DNA of 64,000 nt from an uncultured Chthonomonadaceae bacterium (GTDB taxonomy: Bacteria > Armatimonadota > Chthonomonadetes > Chthonomonadales > Chthonomonadaceae): contig CAWFQB010000002.1 in the NCBI GenBank assembly GCA_963817895.1, forward strand, positions 256,001-320,000, in the 5' to 3' direction. Position 1 is the stretch's first letter; each line of letters opens with the position of its first letter. The position numbers and the translations under genes are program-made. Shown in pieces: positions 31,470-42,003 of this stretch. The notes under the pieces were generated by a model. The model saw nothing but the letters and a program-made list of their open reading frames with translations, was not told the DNA's origin and did no database searches.

Positions 31470-31818
31470 TTTCTACTCCTACCACTTGCCGGGCAGCTTC
31501 AAAACGAGAGGGGTCTTTGAAGTAGCGTTTGGCTGTATCAACAACCCGTTTCAGTAATGCGCGATCATCCGCGTCCATATCAGCAACGGACAGCCTCGCG
31601 CGTATAGTTTCCTCGTCAAACTCTCCATACAATTGTCCTATGGCAGGGTTTAGGAAAGCCGAGGTAAGGCTGTCAACATTCATGAACGAGATAACAACTT
31701 GTCGTCCGCTTCGTAAAGCGTCAGAAATCTGATCATGAACTTTCTGTCCATCACTGGCAGCCACGCAAGAGGCGCTGCCAACAACTTCGAACACACGTAT
31801 GGTTATAGAACTACTCAC
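31459..31818 (-). CDS. STAS-like (DUF4325-type) protein
   Basis: DGQKVHDQI...VVISFMNVDSLTSAFLNPAIGQLY. GTG start after GAGG. Confidence 0.8.
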   Translation of the reverse strand: MSSSITIRVFEVVGSASCVAASDGQKVHDQISDALRSGRQVVISFMNVDSLTSAFLNPAIGQLYGEFDEETIRARLSVADMDADDRALLKRVVDTAKRYFKDPSRFEAARQVVGVENGL

Positions 31819-31831
31819 GTTGCGCCTCACT

Positions 31832-32719
31832 TCAGAATATATCTTCATTGCTGACTTCAGAAGTCAGACAGTAAAAGGATGTGTCTGCGGTATTAACCTC
31901 AATATTTACTACTGTGCCTGGAAAGCAATTCCGGAAACTACTCATGTAAATTTGTCCACCTTTATAGCGCCAAAACCCTGTGTCTGAGGTGATCAGAATA
32001 CAGCCGTTATTTTTACTGATAAACTCCTTTAACAATTTCAAGCCAAGCCCGCCGGGTATGCTGCCTGTTTTCGTAGTATTGGAGTCTTCTGTCGCCCATT
32101 GTATTGCCTGAGCTGCAGTAAGTTCTAATCCCCGCTTTTGCCGTATTACGTTTTTGATGCCGATGCCTAAATCTGCAATGGAGAATTGGAAACAACTCTT
32201 TTGAGGGAAATACTGACCACAGGAGAAGATGCCGTTTTTGGTGTCAGAGTGAAGAACGGCATTACTAAATATCTCAAAAATGCTCTCTCGTATTTTTTTA
32301 ATTGCGCCTTCAGACATGCTTGGGAGGCCTTTTCCAACAAGGCTTTGTTCTACATATTCTGCAAAATAGCGCTCATCTTGAACGCCGAACCGTTGATACT
32401 GCACTGTTGTACCATGTACATCACGAGATTTATGACGACCATAGTTGCTCAAAAAGCCGTTCTTGGACAATACCATTTCGATGGGAGGAGGTATATTTAC
32501 AATTTCGACTGTGTTTAGCTGACGACTGGCTTGATACAACAAGGCTCCAAAAGGAGCGCACATGTTTGCGTCAAACCACCTCGTATGTTCCATGTCTATC
32601 AGAATTGTCTCATATTCTACTCCATTTAGACGCTCTGCTAACGAAATAAGTCGCTCGAACCCCTGATAATTGCTTCTTATATCTGGAAGATCAATGTTCA
32701 AGAAGGGTTTTGGTTCCAT
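31832..32719 (-). CDS. GHKL/HATPase (anti-sigma-factor kinase-like) ATP-binding protein
   Basis: N-box EIFSNAVLH, G1 DLGIG, G2 GGLGL and C-terminal PGTVV. Confidence 0.82.
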   Translation of the reverse strand: MEPKPFLNIDLPDIRSNYQGFERLISLAERLNGVEYETILIDMEHTRWFDANMCAPFGALLYQASRQLNTVEIVNIPPPIEMVLSKNGFLSNYGRHKSRDVHGTTVQYQRFGVQDERYFAEYVEQSLVGKGLPSMSEGAIKKIRESIFEIFSNAVLHSDTKNGIFSCGQYFPQKSCFQFSIADLGIGIKNVIRQKRGLELTAAQAIQWATEDSNTTKTGSIPGGLGLKLLKEFISKNNGCILITSDTGFWRYKGGQIYMSSFRNCFPGTVVNIEVNTADTSFYCLTSEVSNEDIF

Positions 32720-32925
32720 AATGATGTATACCTTGTTGCGCCTGGCGCTATGTTGCGTCCTGCATAGATTCGCTTTGCTGGCCTTTACTTCCTTCTCTCT
32801 TTCGCTTTAGCTATAATCTTCGAGCAAATTATTCGTCGCAGCAAATTGTAGAAGGGTTTCGCGTGTCTTTTGTTGCAATGTTGGCACATACAATTCCTTA
32901 TGACTTGTTTAGATGGAGAGCGGAC

Positions 32926-34458
32926 ATGGCGTATTTACTTGGCATTGACATCGGCACGAGCGGCACGAAAACGATTCTGATGGACGAGATGGGCAGGGTA
33001 CTTGCCCGCGCATTGGTAGAATACCCGCTTTATTCGCCGCGCCCGCAGTGGAGCGAACAAAACCCCCTTGACTGGTGGAACGCGACCGTCACGACGGTTC
33101 GGCGCGTATTGGACCAGTCCGGCATCGCGGCGAATGAGATCAAAGGCATCGGGCTTTCGGGGCAGATGCACGGTTCGGTGTTTGTGGATGAGAACAAACA
33201 GGTTTTGCGTCACGCGCTGCTGTGGAACGATCAGCGGACGCAGGCGGAGTGCGACTGGATTACCCACACGGTCGGGAAAGACAAGATCGTTGACCTGATT
33301 TCCAATCCCGTCCTGACCGGGTTTACCGCGCCCAAAATCGTCTGGCTGCGCAACCATGAGCCGGAAATCTATGCCCGCGTGAAAAAAGTTCTGTTGCCCA
33401 AAGATTATGTGCGCCTGATGCTGACGGGCGAATACGCGACGGAAGTATCCGATGCGTCCGGCACGGCTCTGTTCAATGTGAAAAAACGCGAATGGGCGGA
33501 TGAACTGCTGGACGCGATTGACATACCCCGCGAGTGGATGCCCGCGTGTTACGAGTCGCCGGAGGTTTCCGGGCGCGTTTCTGCGGAAGCGGCAGCCTTA
33601 ACAGGCCTTGCAATCGGAACGCCGGTTGTGGGCGGCGGGGGCGATCAGGCGGCGGGCGCGGTCGGCAACGGCATTGTGGAAACGGGTATTGTCAGTTCCA
33701 CCATCGGCACGTCGGGCGTGGTTTTCGCGTTCAGCGATCAGCCGGTTGTGGACCCGCAGTTGCGGCTGCACACGTTCTGCCACGCGGTTCCGGGCAAATG
33801 GCATTTAATGGGAGTGATGCTTTCCGCCGGAGGCAGCCTGCAATGGTATCGGGATGCGTACTGCCAGCCGGAAAAAGTGGTTGCGGGCGCGTTGGGACAC
33901 GACCCTTATGATTTGATCTGCGCGGAAGCCGCCCGCGCCCCTGTCGGCAGCGAGGGCTTGATTTTTCTGCCTTATCTGACCGGGGAACGCGCCCCGTATG
34001 CCGACCCGAACGCGCGGGGCGTTTTGTTCGGTATCACGCGGCGCACGGATCGCAGCCACGTTGCCCGCGCCGTTTTGGAAGGCGTCGCGTATGGCATGGC
34101 CGACTCGTTTCAGATCATGGCAGAGATGAACCTCCCGATTACGCAGGCGCGGGCATCGGGCGGAGGCGCGAAAAGCCGGTTCTGGCGCGACATGCAGGCC
34201 GACATCACGGGCTATCCGCACGTTACCATCAACGTGGACGAGGGGCCGGCGTTGGGCGTCGCATTGCTGGCGGGCGTGGGTACGGGCGTATACGGTTCGG
34301 TCGAGGAAGCCTGCCGGAGTATCATTCAGATTAAGGACTCGCTGGATGTGTGCGTGGTCAACCATGCCGCCTACAAGCGTTTCCACAAAATCTACCAGAA
34401 CCTCTACGCCCACTTGAAGCAGGACTTCGCGGACGTAGCGCATATTGTGGGCGGGTGA
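32926..34458 (+). CDS. xylB: Xylulokinase
   Basis: Motifs LGIDIGTSGTK, SGQMHG, WNDQR, GGGDQAAGA, PYLTGER and SGGGAKS. Confidence 0.93.
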   Translation: MAYLLGIDIGTSGTKTILMDEMGRVLARALVEYPLYSPRPQWSEQNPLDWWNATVTTVRRVLDQSGIAANEIKGIGLSGQMHGSVFVDENKQVLRHALLWNDQRTQAECDWITHTVGKDKIVDLISNPVLTGFTAPKIVWLRNHEPEIYARVKKVLLPKDYVRLMLTGEYATEVSDASGTALFNVKKREWADELLDAIDIPREWMPACYESPEVSGRVSAEAAALTGLAIGTPVVGGGGDQAAGAVGNGIVETGIVSSTIGTSGVVFAFSDQPVVDPQLRLHTFCHAVPGKWHLMGVMLSAGGSLQWYRDAYCQPEKVVAGALGHDPYDLICAEAARAPVGSEGLIFLPYLTGERAPYADPNARGVLFGITRRTDRSHVARAVLEGVAYGMADSFQIMAEMNLPITQARASGGGAKSRFWRDMQADITGYPHVTINVDEGPALGVALLAGVGTGVYGSVEEACRSIIQIKDSLDVCVVNHAAYKRFHKIYQNLYAHLKQDFADVAHIVGG

Positions 34459-34472
34459 ATACAAACGTACAG

Positions 34473-34613
34473 CACAGAGGCACAGAGACACAGAGGTTTC
34501 ACAGAGAAAATAACAAAGAGGAGGGAAATCGCTAAATACGCTTTTGCTCTGTTCCCTGTATCCTCTTCTCTTTACCCTCCTCTGTGAAACCTCTGTGTCT
34601 CTGCGCCTCTGTG
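34473..34613. repeat. 34-bp inverted repeat (1 mismatch) built from CACAGAG(R) units, between convergent genes
   Basis: Arms at 34473-34506 and 34580-34613. Confidence 0.85.
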
Positions 34614-34633
34614 GTGAACGTTGTTTTGAGTTC

Positions 34634-35959
34634 TTAGAAGCGGAACAGGGCGGCAATGGTGGCGCTGTCCGGCATGGTTTCCGGGGGCAGAGCGTACACG
34701 GTTCCGCTGTGCAGCAACGTCTGCATGGCCGCGAAGTTGAGCAACTCCTCATCGCCGGGTTCGCGCGTTTCATGCCGATGCGTCGCATTGGCTTCCGCGT
34801 CGAACAGCCCGTAAATTTCCGACCCGATGGCCGTGAAAAGCGTATCCACGCGCCCGAAGGCGGCGGCGGAAACAATCTCTTCCAGCGATTGCGACGTGAG
34901 ATTGTCAATGGCTTTGGCCTCGCCGTAGCGCGTCAGCGCGTTCTCCTGCGCGGCAAGGAAAAACGGCTGAACGAGGGGCCAGGCGCGGTCATGCAAGTCC
35001 TGCGGCGATAACAGTTTGGGATTGCCCTGAATAGCCTCGTCTACGAGATGCTGATAGGTGTTGGCCTTGCGGTAAATGGGAACCTCGTATTCCACGCAGG
35101 CCAGAACGAGCGGCGCGGTTTCGTTTCTCAGATAGGCGTGAAGCCCCTTGTTCACCATGTGGAAAAAGCGGTTCAGGCGGTCCACCGTATCTTCGGGAGC
35201 CTGGCTGTGGCCGTGAAACTGCTGGCCGGCCCCGAAAGCGTTGTTGCGGTTGAAGGCATGGCGTTCCACTTCCTCGTTGAGCGCGTCAGCCATGTTGGTG
35301 GGAACGCCCTCCAGATGAACCTCCTGCATAGACGCGCTGCTCCCCCGAAACATGCGAATGTTGTCCTGGCTGAGAGTCAGGACATAAAACCGTCCATCCC
35401 CGTTGAGCAGGGGAAGCATCGGCTGAATCTGAAAGTGGTCATTTACCAGCGCCATGTCGGTAAACGGCTGCGACACGCGGTACACGCGAAACAGTTCCGG
35501 CGAACGGAATACAGCCAACCCCTCATTCGTGGTCTGCCAGAAGGCGCGATGCTCCAGCAATTCCTGCACCGGCACGAGCAATTCCATAGCCTGCTCCGCG
35601 TCCATACCCAGCGTGACCAGTTGTTTTTCCGCCGAGCGCAGCAGGTTCTTGAATTCCGTTAAATTCTGCGCGGTATTGCCTGCCGGATGTGTCGTCATGT
35701 GGAGGGAAACACAAACTCGCGTGGTATCCGCCAGCAACGTTTTAAGCTCCTCCTGATTGAACGCGTCCACTCTGGGACTGCCGATACCCCCGTGAGAATG
35801 GCTCTCCGCTTCGGAGAATATCCCCTGCTCGTCCACTTCCGCCGTTTCGCGGTCCCGTTCGCGGCGCTCATGGCGTCCGGCTCTGGTATCGCTATGGCCG
35901 GGAGCCTGCTTGTCCAGTATTTGAGGCACTTTCGATTCGCTTCTTCTTGATTCCGACAT
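34634..35959 (-). CDS. baeRF (bacterial archaeo-eukaryotic release factor)-family protein
   Basis: Motifs CVSLHMTTH, GLAVFRS, FYVLTLS, PLVLAC, GRVDTL and C-terminal ALFRF. Confidence 0.75.
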   Translation of the reverse strand: MSESRRSESKVPQILDKQAPGHSDTRAGRHERRERDRETAEVDEQGIFSEAESHSHGGIGSPRVDAFNQEELKTLLADTTRVCVSLHMTTHPAGNTAQNLTEFKNLLRSAEKQLVTLGMDAEQAMELLVPVQELLEHRAFWQTTNEGLAVFRSPELFRVYRVSQPFTDMALVNDHFQIQPMLPLLNGDGRFYVLTLSQDNIRMFRGSSASMQEVHLEGVPTNMADALNEEVERHAFNRNNAFGAGQQFHGHSQAPEDTVDRLNRFFHMVNKGLHAYLRNETAPLVLACVEYEVPIYRKANTYQHLVDEAIQGNPKLLSPQDLHDRAWPLVQPFFLAAQENALTRYGEAKAIDNLTSQSLEEIVSAAAFGRVDTLFTAIGSEIYGLFDAEANATHRHETREPGDEELLNFAAMQTLLHSGTVYALPPETMPDSATIAALFRF

Positions 35960-36343
35960 AGGTGTTCATCCTCTTCCCGATGAAATTTTGGATTTAAGTT
36001 TCTTACCTGAAATCTTTGCCGCTTGCCTGTTATCACACCGGCAGCCAACGTGTCTTCAGACAGTGTTCCGGCAAACAAAGCGACAGTAAACTCTCCTGTA
36101 AGACTGACACAAACGACGTTTGGGGATGAACATTTGTTTTAAGCCGCCCTATGCAATTAGGAGAGGCAGCCCTGATTTAAGAGCCGGAAGCGCGAAAACG
36201 GACAGGATTTCACCCCCAATATGCAGAGGGTTTTGTCCGCAACATTCCATAGTCTGAATTAAGGCATAAGTTTGGCGACATTGGGCGCAGTGATTCGATC
36301 TATCCTGTGCATAGTATTCGCAATTGGTCTGAGGAGATTTAGA

Positions 36344-36889
36344 ATGAAGACACAAAATGGTTGGCTGGCAGCCGCTCTCGCCCTGAGCATTACGGGCATT
36401 GTGGGCTGCGGCGGCAACAAATCCGATGACGCCGGGACGACCGGGGCTACGGGAACCTCCGGCGCTTCCGGCGGCAGTGGCTCATCCGGCAGTGGTTCGT
36501 CAGGAACCGCAAGTGGCGGCAGTGGTTCGTCAGGAACTGCAAGCGGCGGCAGTGGCGCGACGGGATCATCGGGCGGGAGTTCGAGTAGCGCGTCGGGCAG
36601 TGGCGGGGGCGGAACCTCCGGCATGTCGGGCGGCAGCGGCACATCGGGAGCCGCTGGCAGCATGAGCAGCACATCCGGCGCGGGCGGAACAGGCGGCGCG
36701 TCCGGTTCGGGCGGCATGGGCAGCGGAACCGGCACAGCCGGAAGCGGGGGCGGCGCAATGGGCGGAGCCGGCAGCTCGGGTGGCGCATCCGGTGGAACCG
36801 GCGGTTCGGGTGGCGGCACAACCGGTGGCGCGACTGGTGGCGGAAGTGGCAGCGGCGGCTCGGGTGGCGGCACGGGCGGAGGAGGTTAA
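36344..36889 (+). CDS. Gly/Ser/Thr-rich lipoprotein
   Basis: GAGGAG RBS, lipobox IVGC, then ~155 aa of low-complexity G/S/T/A. Confidence 0.75.
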   Translation: MKTQNGWLAAALALSITGIVGCGGNKSDDAGTTGATGTSGASGGSGSSGSGSSGTASGGSGSSGTASGGSGATGSSGGSSSSASGSGGGGTSGMSGGSGTSGAAGSMSSTSGAGGTGGASGSGGMGSGTGTAGSGGGAMGGAGSSGGASGGTGGSGGGTTGGATGGGSGSGGSGGGTGGGG

Positions 36890-37187
36890 GGAGTGGATAG
36901 TTCGTAGTGGATAGTTGATAGAGATACAGAAACTATGAACTTACTCTACTTACCGGTTTAGAGTCTATCCCAACAGGTTCCCCTTCTCCCAACATTGGGA
37001 GAAGGGGCCAGGGGTTGAGGGCTAATCAAGATAGACGTTTATTCCACAGGCGTTTGACCGAGATGCCCCTGTAACGGCTCACAAGCACAGGCGAATGAGC
37101 AGGCGCAGGGGCATCCTTTCTGTATTTTAAGTCCCTTTCAAGCGACTTCAGCAAGCATCCGCAAAACACGCGACAGCAAATTGGGCC

Positions 37188-37904
37188 ATGACGACACCAA
37201 ACTTTCAGAAACAGAGAGCAACAGCGCGGGGACGGCTGCAAGCCCGCCCTGCCGCGCCCATTCAGACGGGAACGGCGGGTCTGCATCCTCTTGAACTGGA
37301 CGCGAAACGCGACGGGCTGCTGTATGTTCCCGCCGTCTACTCCCCGACAAAGCCCGCGCCACTTATCTTGATGCTGCACGGGGCGGGCGGCAATGCCGAG
37401 GGTGGCCTGCGCCCGTTCCGTAATTTCGCGGACATGTCCAACCTGATCCTGCTGGCCGTATCCTCGCAGCGCGAAACCTGGGACGTGCTGCGCGGCGCGT
37501 ATGGCCCCGATGTCGCCATGATTGACCGCGCGCTGACACAGACATTTCAACGCTATCCTATTGACCCGGCTCACATCGCTGTGGAGGGCTTTTCCGATGG
37601 CGCATCCTATGCGCTTTCCCTGGGACTTACCAACGGCGACCTGTTTACCCATATCATCGCGTTCGCGCCCGGTTTTATGGCCCCGGCCAGCCAACACGGC
37701 GCTCCCGGCATTTTCATCTCCCACGGCACAGAAGACAGCGTATTGCCTGTTGACCGGTGCAGTCGCCGCCTTGTGCCGCAACTGAAGCAGGCGGGATACA
37801 GCGTAAACTACCATGAGTTTTCCGGCCCGCATACCGTGCCGGAAACCATTGCGGAGGATGCGCTGGACTGGTTTACCGCCCCGCCCGAGAGAAATAACAT
37901 TTGA
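37188..37904 (+). CDS. Phospholipase/carboxylesterase
   Basis: Motifs LHGAGG, GFSDG, HGTEDSVL and GPH. Confidence 0.88.
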   Translation: MTTPNFQKQRATARGRLQARPAAPIQTGTAGLHPLELDAKRDGLLYVPAVYSPTKPAPLILMLHGAGGNAEGGLRPFRNFADMSNLILLAVSSQRETWDVLRGAYGPDVAMIDRALTQTFQRYPIDPAHIAVEGFSDGASYALSLGLTNGDLFTHIIAFAPGFMAPASQHGAPGIFISHGTEDSVLPVDRCSRRLVPQLKQAGYSVNYHEFSGPHTVPETIAEDALDWFTAPPERNNI

Positions 37905-37941
37905 ATATCCACGAACTTGAAACCCAACAGGGCAAAGCCGC

Positions 37942-38364
37942 TTATACCTCTGCAAAGTGGCCGTCCAGGGAGAGATTCTCCACGCCCTGTCGGACGGGAA
38001 TATTCCTAATGGCGACAAGCAAGTCCGAAGCCGCCTGATCCTTCGTCAGGCAGTCGTCGGCTCCTATCCTGTAACACGCGACAAATTGGGGTTCGTGGGC
38101 ATACGCGCTCCAGACAATCAGGCGAACATCCGGCAGCCGCTCTCGTAAAAGGCGCAAGCCCTCCAGCCCTCCCTCTTCTTCGCGTATATCGAGAAGAATA
38201 ACATCGGGAGGAACTTGCAGCGCCAATCCGAGCGCCTGGGTATGGGTGGGCAGTGAGCCAATGACATACATATCCGGCTGGCCGATGATCAGGTCCAGCA
38301 GGCGATAGCGCGTCCCGGCATCCTGATCGGCAATCAGGATGCCGATTTGGTTTCCAGCAGACAT
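37942..38364 (-). CDS. Single-domain response regulator receiver
   Basis: Motifs ILIAD, PDVILLD and GADDCLTK; AGGAG RBS. Confidence 0.75.
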   Translation of the reverse strand: MSAGNQIGILIADQDAGTRYRLLDLIIGQPDMYVIGSLPTHTQALGLALQVPPDVILLDIREEEGGLEGLRLLRERLPDVRLIVWSAYAHEPQFVACYRIGADDCLTKDQAASDLLVAIRNIPVRQGVENLSLDGHFAEV

Positions 38365-38726
38365 TGCCACTCCTTGTAAAATCAGATTCCACCCTCTTAC
38401 GCCTTTACGATACTCCATGTCTGCCGCCAAAACGCTTAACTTTATACCACTCTTTCGAGGTATGCCACCGCGCGTAGGGTTTATAAAAGCGCATCAACAC
38501 GGATTTAGCCGAAAGCGCGTCCAAATATTCAGATGAGAATATCTCTTTATAACGAGAACACGGCTTTACGCGGCGCGTGTGTAGGAACAGTCGCGCCTGC
38601 CAACTCGCTGGCCTTGCGAAACAGGCTGAAGTGTCAGGGCGGCATCACCGCGCCATTCATTTTCACTATCGCGTATCGCGAAGTATTGGCTTTTGGCAGC
38701 GCATCGCCAAAAGCCGGGAGAATACC

Positions 38727-39620
38727 ATGTCAAATCAGAGCGCTGTTTTGGAAAACCCGACAGAACTTGGGCCGAAGCCGGAATTCAATGAGCCGCCCTT
38801 AGATTTCCCCGCCATTGAAGCGGAGATGCAACTACAGCCGGATTACGGCGAACAGTCGTACAAGGGGAGCGGCAAGCTGACCGGGCGCAAGGCTCTGATT
38901 ACAGGCGGGGACAGCGGCATCGGACGCGCGGTCGCCCTCGCCTTTGCCCGCGAAGGCGCGGATGTGCTGATCTCCTACCTTGAAGAGGAGGAGGAGGACG
39001 CGCAGGAGACGGCGCGCGTGGTTCGGGAAGCGGGACGCGAGTGCGTCACCATTGCGGGCAACATCGGCAACGAAGAGCATTGCCGCGATCTGGTGCAGCA
39101 GGCCGTTCAGCAATTGGGCGGGCTGGATATTCTGGTGAACAATGCCGCGTTCCAGATGTCCCACCCGGAAGTGACGGAACTGCCCTCCGATGAGTTCGAC
39201 CTGACATTCAAAACCAACGTGTACGCGCTTTATTATCTGATTAAAGCGGCCATTCCCCATTTGCAGCCGGGCAGCGCGATCATCAACACGTCTTCCATCG
39301 AGGCGTTCGATCCCGATGCGTCGCTGTTCGCGTATGCGGCCACCAAAGCGGCCATTGTCAACATGACCAAATCGCTGGCGCAGGACTTGATTAAGAAGGG
39401 TATCCGCGTCAACTCCGTGGCTCCCGGCCCGGTTTGGACGCCGCTGATCCCCTCGACAATGCCGCCGGAAAAGGTGAAAGAGTTCGGCAAGCAGTCGCCC
39501 ATAGGCCGTCCCGCGCAACCGGCGGAACTCGCGCCCATATATGTCCTGCTGGCGTCGCAGGAGGCAAGTTATGTCAACGGCATGATTTACGGCGTGACGG
39601 GCGGAACCCCGCTGTTCTAA
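38727..39620 (+). CDS. SDR oxidoreductase (YghA/YdaD-like)
   Basis: Motifs ITGGDSGIG, NNAA, YAATK and RVNSVAPGP. Confidence 0.92.
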   Translation: MSNQSAVLENPTELGPKPEFNEPPLDFPAIEAEMQLQPDYGEQSYKGSGKLTGRKALITGGDSGIGRAVALAFAREGADVLISYLEEEEEDAQETARVVREAGRECVTIAGNIGNEEHCRDLVQQAVQQLGGLDILVNNAAFQMSHPEVTELPSDEFDLTFKTNVYALYYLIKAAIPHLQPGSAIINTSSIEAFDPDASLFAYAATKAAIVNMTKSLAQDLIKKGIRVNSVAPGPVWTPLIPSTMPPEKVKEFGKQSPIGRPAQPAELAPIYVLLASQEASYVNGMIYGVTGGTPLF

Positions 39621-39656
39621 ACCCGCGTCTCTATCTATGGATAGAGATAAAATTAT

Positions 39657-39692
39657 ACGCCCGAAAGTTGCCGCGCGGCAACTTTCGGGCGT
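39657..39692 (+). terminator. Perfect hairpin downstream of the SDR gene
   Basis: ACGCCCGAAAGTTGCCG-CG-CGGCAACTTTCGGGCGT with a weak U tract. Confidence 0.5.
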
Positions 39693-39786
39693 CTGTTCCC
39701 GGTAGATTTTGGTGAATCGCAACTGCTAAATGTTGTTCAGCGGCTGCGGAACCAGCACTGATCTTCAATGATATAAACAGGAATAC

Positions 39787-41628
39787 ATGGAACAGACACC
39801 CTCCGAATTGAGTTTATCGCAGGATGATGACGAAGCCGTGCCGGGGTTGAGCGGCAGTAATCTCCTGCCTCGATCCGTTCAGCGTCCCAATTTCTATCAG
39901 CTTCTGGATGGCGAGTGGCGCTTTGACATAGACTTGAAAGACTGCGGCCTGCGCGAATTGTGGTGTATGGGACACGAGTACGCGCGAACCGCCCACTGGC
40001 CGGGTTCCATCGAAAGCCATCTGGTGGAGGCGAAAGAGGCGCAGCAGCACACGCCCGCGTGGCAGGACAAGGTCATTGTCTGGTACGAGCGCGAGTTTAC
40101 GCTGCCGGAGCAGCCCGCGCTTCCCAGCTCTCTGTGGCAAATTACGTTCGGGGCGTGCGGCTACGAAACGCGCGTGTGGCTGAACGGCAAGCCCCTGCAT
40201 ACTCTCGAAGGCGAGGAGGTCCACTACGGCGCGTACACCTCGTTCACCTACGAACTGCCGCTTGACAGCCTGCGCCCCATAAACCGCCTGACCGTTCGGA
40301 TTGCGGACACAATGGACGCCGATATTCCGCGCGGCAAGCAGGAATCGCATGTGTACAAGCGCGGCGGCATCTGGTATCAGACCCATACGGGCGGCGTGCG
40401 CAGCGTGTGGCTGGAAACCGTCGAGCGCAACCGCCTGCGTTCCCGCGTCAGCGTCATCAGCCTGTTCGCGGACAGCCTCGTCCGCTTTCGCCTGACCACG
40501 TACATACACGACCCCGGCCCCTACACCCTGCGCCTGAAAGTTTTCGCGGCGGATAATTCTACCGAGCCGGTTGCCGCTTCCACTTTTTCGCTGCGGCTGG
40601 AAGCGGGGGAAAAACGGCAGCAGGTGGTTGTGGAAGTGCCGAATGGGCAGGCGTGGTCGCCCGACAGACCCACCCTTTACCGGCTTGTAGCGCAGTTGGT
40701 GGATGAGAATGGACACGCGGCGCAGATTGAAACGCGCTTCGGCCTGCGCAAAATCGAGTCGCGGGGGCGATCCGTTCTGCTCAACAACGCGCCCACGTAT
40801 CTGGACGGGATTTTATATCAGCCGGGCGCGTCCACGTATGAGGAGATGGCGCGGCATTTACGCGCCATCAAGGCACTGGGCTGCAATCTGGTTCGCGTTC
40901 ATATTACGGGCGTGGACCCCCGCGTGTACACGCTTGCCGATGAGATCGGGTTGCTGGTGTGGGTCGAAGTGCCAAGCCCGCATAGTTCCACGCCGCGCAG
41001 CCGGGAGAATCATCACGCGGAACTGCTGCGCCTGCTCGCGTTGCTGGAGAGCCATCCGTCCGTTGTGATCTGGAGTTTGTACAACGAGGATTGGGGGGCG
41101 CAGGACATCGCCACCAACCCGGAAACCCGTCGCTACATCGTAGACCTGTTCCACTACATGCGAATCAATCATCCACAGTTTCTGGTTGTGGACAACGACG
41201 GCTGGCATCATGTTTCGTGCGAGGGGCGCTTAAAGTCCGACCTGCTCACCGCCCACCTGTACACGCCCAATATCAGCCGCTGGCGCGACCTGCTGGATTG
41301 TCTGTCGCAGGGTGAAATGGACGATGTTGCCGTCAATCCGCTGGTTGTGGGCGATCCATTCTTCTACCGGGGGCAAGCGCCTCTGGTTATCAGCGAGTGG
41401 GGCGGCTTCGGCTTTGCGGATTATGGCGGGCCGGAGGGGGCTGGCGAACGCGAAGAGCGCATCCGCGCTTTCAAGCAGGAGTTGCGCCGTCATTCTATCG
41501 CCGGGGACGTGTATACACAGGCGACGGATATCGAAGACGAGCGTAACGGCCTGATTGACCCGAAAACCGGCGAGCTTTCGGTTCCTCCCGGCCTGCTGGC
41601 GTCCCGCCCCGAAAACACAGAAGCATAG
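39787..41628 (+). CDS. Glycoside hydrolase family 2
   Basis: Motifs LDGEWRF, WSPDRPTLY, FGLRKI, HPSVVIWSLYNE and SEWGG. Confidence 0.85.
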   Translation: MEQTPSELSLSQDDDEAVPGLSGSNLLPRSVQRPNFYQLLDGEWRFDIDLKDCGLRELWCMGHEYARTAHWPGSIESHLVEAKEAQQHTPAWQDKVIVWYEREFTLPEQPALPSSLWQITFGACGYETRVWLNGKPLHTLEGEEVHYGAYTSFTYELPLDSLRPINRLTVRIADTMDADIPRGKQESHVYKRGGIWYQTHTGGVRSVWLETVERNRLRSRVSVISLFADSLVRFRLTTYIHDPGPYTLRLKVFAADNSTEPVAASTFSLRLEAGEKRQQVVVEVPNGQAWSPDRPTLYRLVAQLVDENGHAAQIETRFGLRKIESRGRSVLLNNAPTYLDGILYQPGASTYEEMARHLRAIKALGCNLVRVHITGVDPRVYTLADEIGLLVWVEVPSPHSSTPRSRENHHAELLRLLALLESHPSVVIWSLYNEDWGAQDIATNPETRRYIVDLFHYMRINHPQFLVVDNDGWHHVSCEGRLKSDLLTAHLYTPNISRWRDLLDCLSQGEMDDVAVNPLVVGDPFFYRGQAPLVISEWGGFGFADYGGPEGAGEREERIRAFKQELRRHSIAGDVYTQATDIEDERNGLIDPKTGELSVPPGLLASRPENTEA

Positions 41629-41734
41629 GGCAGGGTTTAACCGTTCAGGCCCTCACCCCAACCCCTCTCCCAAAAAAGCCTGGGAGAGGGGCTAATCTTA
41701 GATTTCCAGAAGGGGATGAATAGTTACGTCAAGG

Positions 41735-41950
41735 TTAGCCTTTCCCCTCGCTCTGCGTTGCGGCGTGTGGGCTGCTGTCGGCCATCCGGTCCGCGGCCTG
41801 CATCGCCTCATGCTGCGTGGCAAATTCCTGCGTTTCCGTGTTGTCAATAAACAGGACGAACATCCCCTTGCGCTTGCGGACGCTGATGTCGCTTCCCGTA
41901 GAGGGCTGTATGCGCGTGTACACGCGGGTTCCTTTTCGTGTCGGCTGCAT
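41735..41950 (-). CDS. Small hypothetical protein
   Basis: 71 aa ORF with a plausible RBS. Confidence 0.45.
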   Translation of the reverse strand: MQPTRKGTRVYTRIQPSTGSDISVRKRKGMFVLFIDNTETQEFATQHEAMQAADRMADSSPHAATQSEGKG

Positions 41951-42003
41951 CGTTCTTACCTTTACCTTTTTCGTTCGCGTCGGGGTTTAATCCGGCATAA
42001 TCT

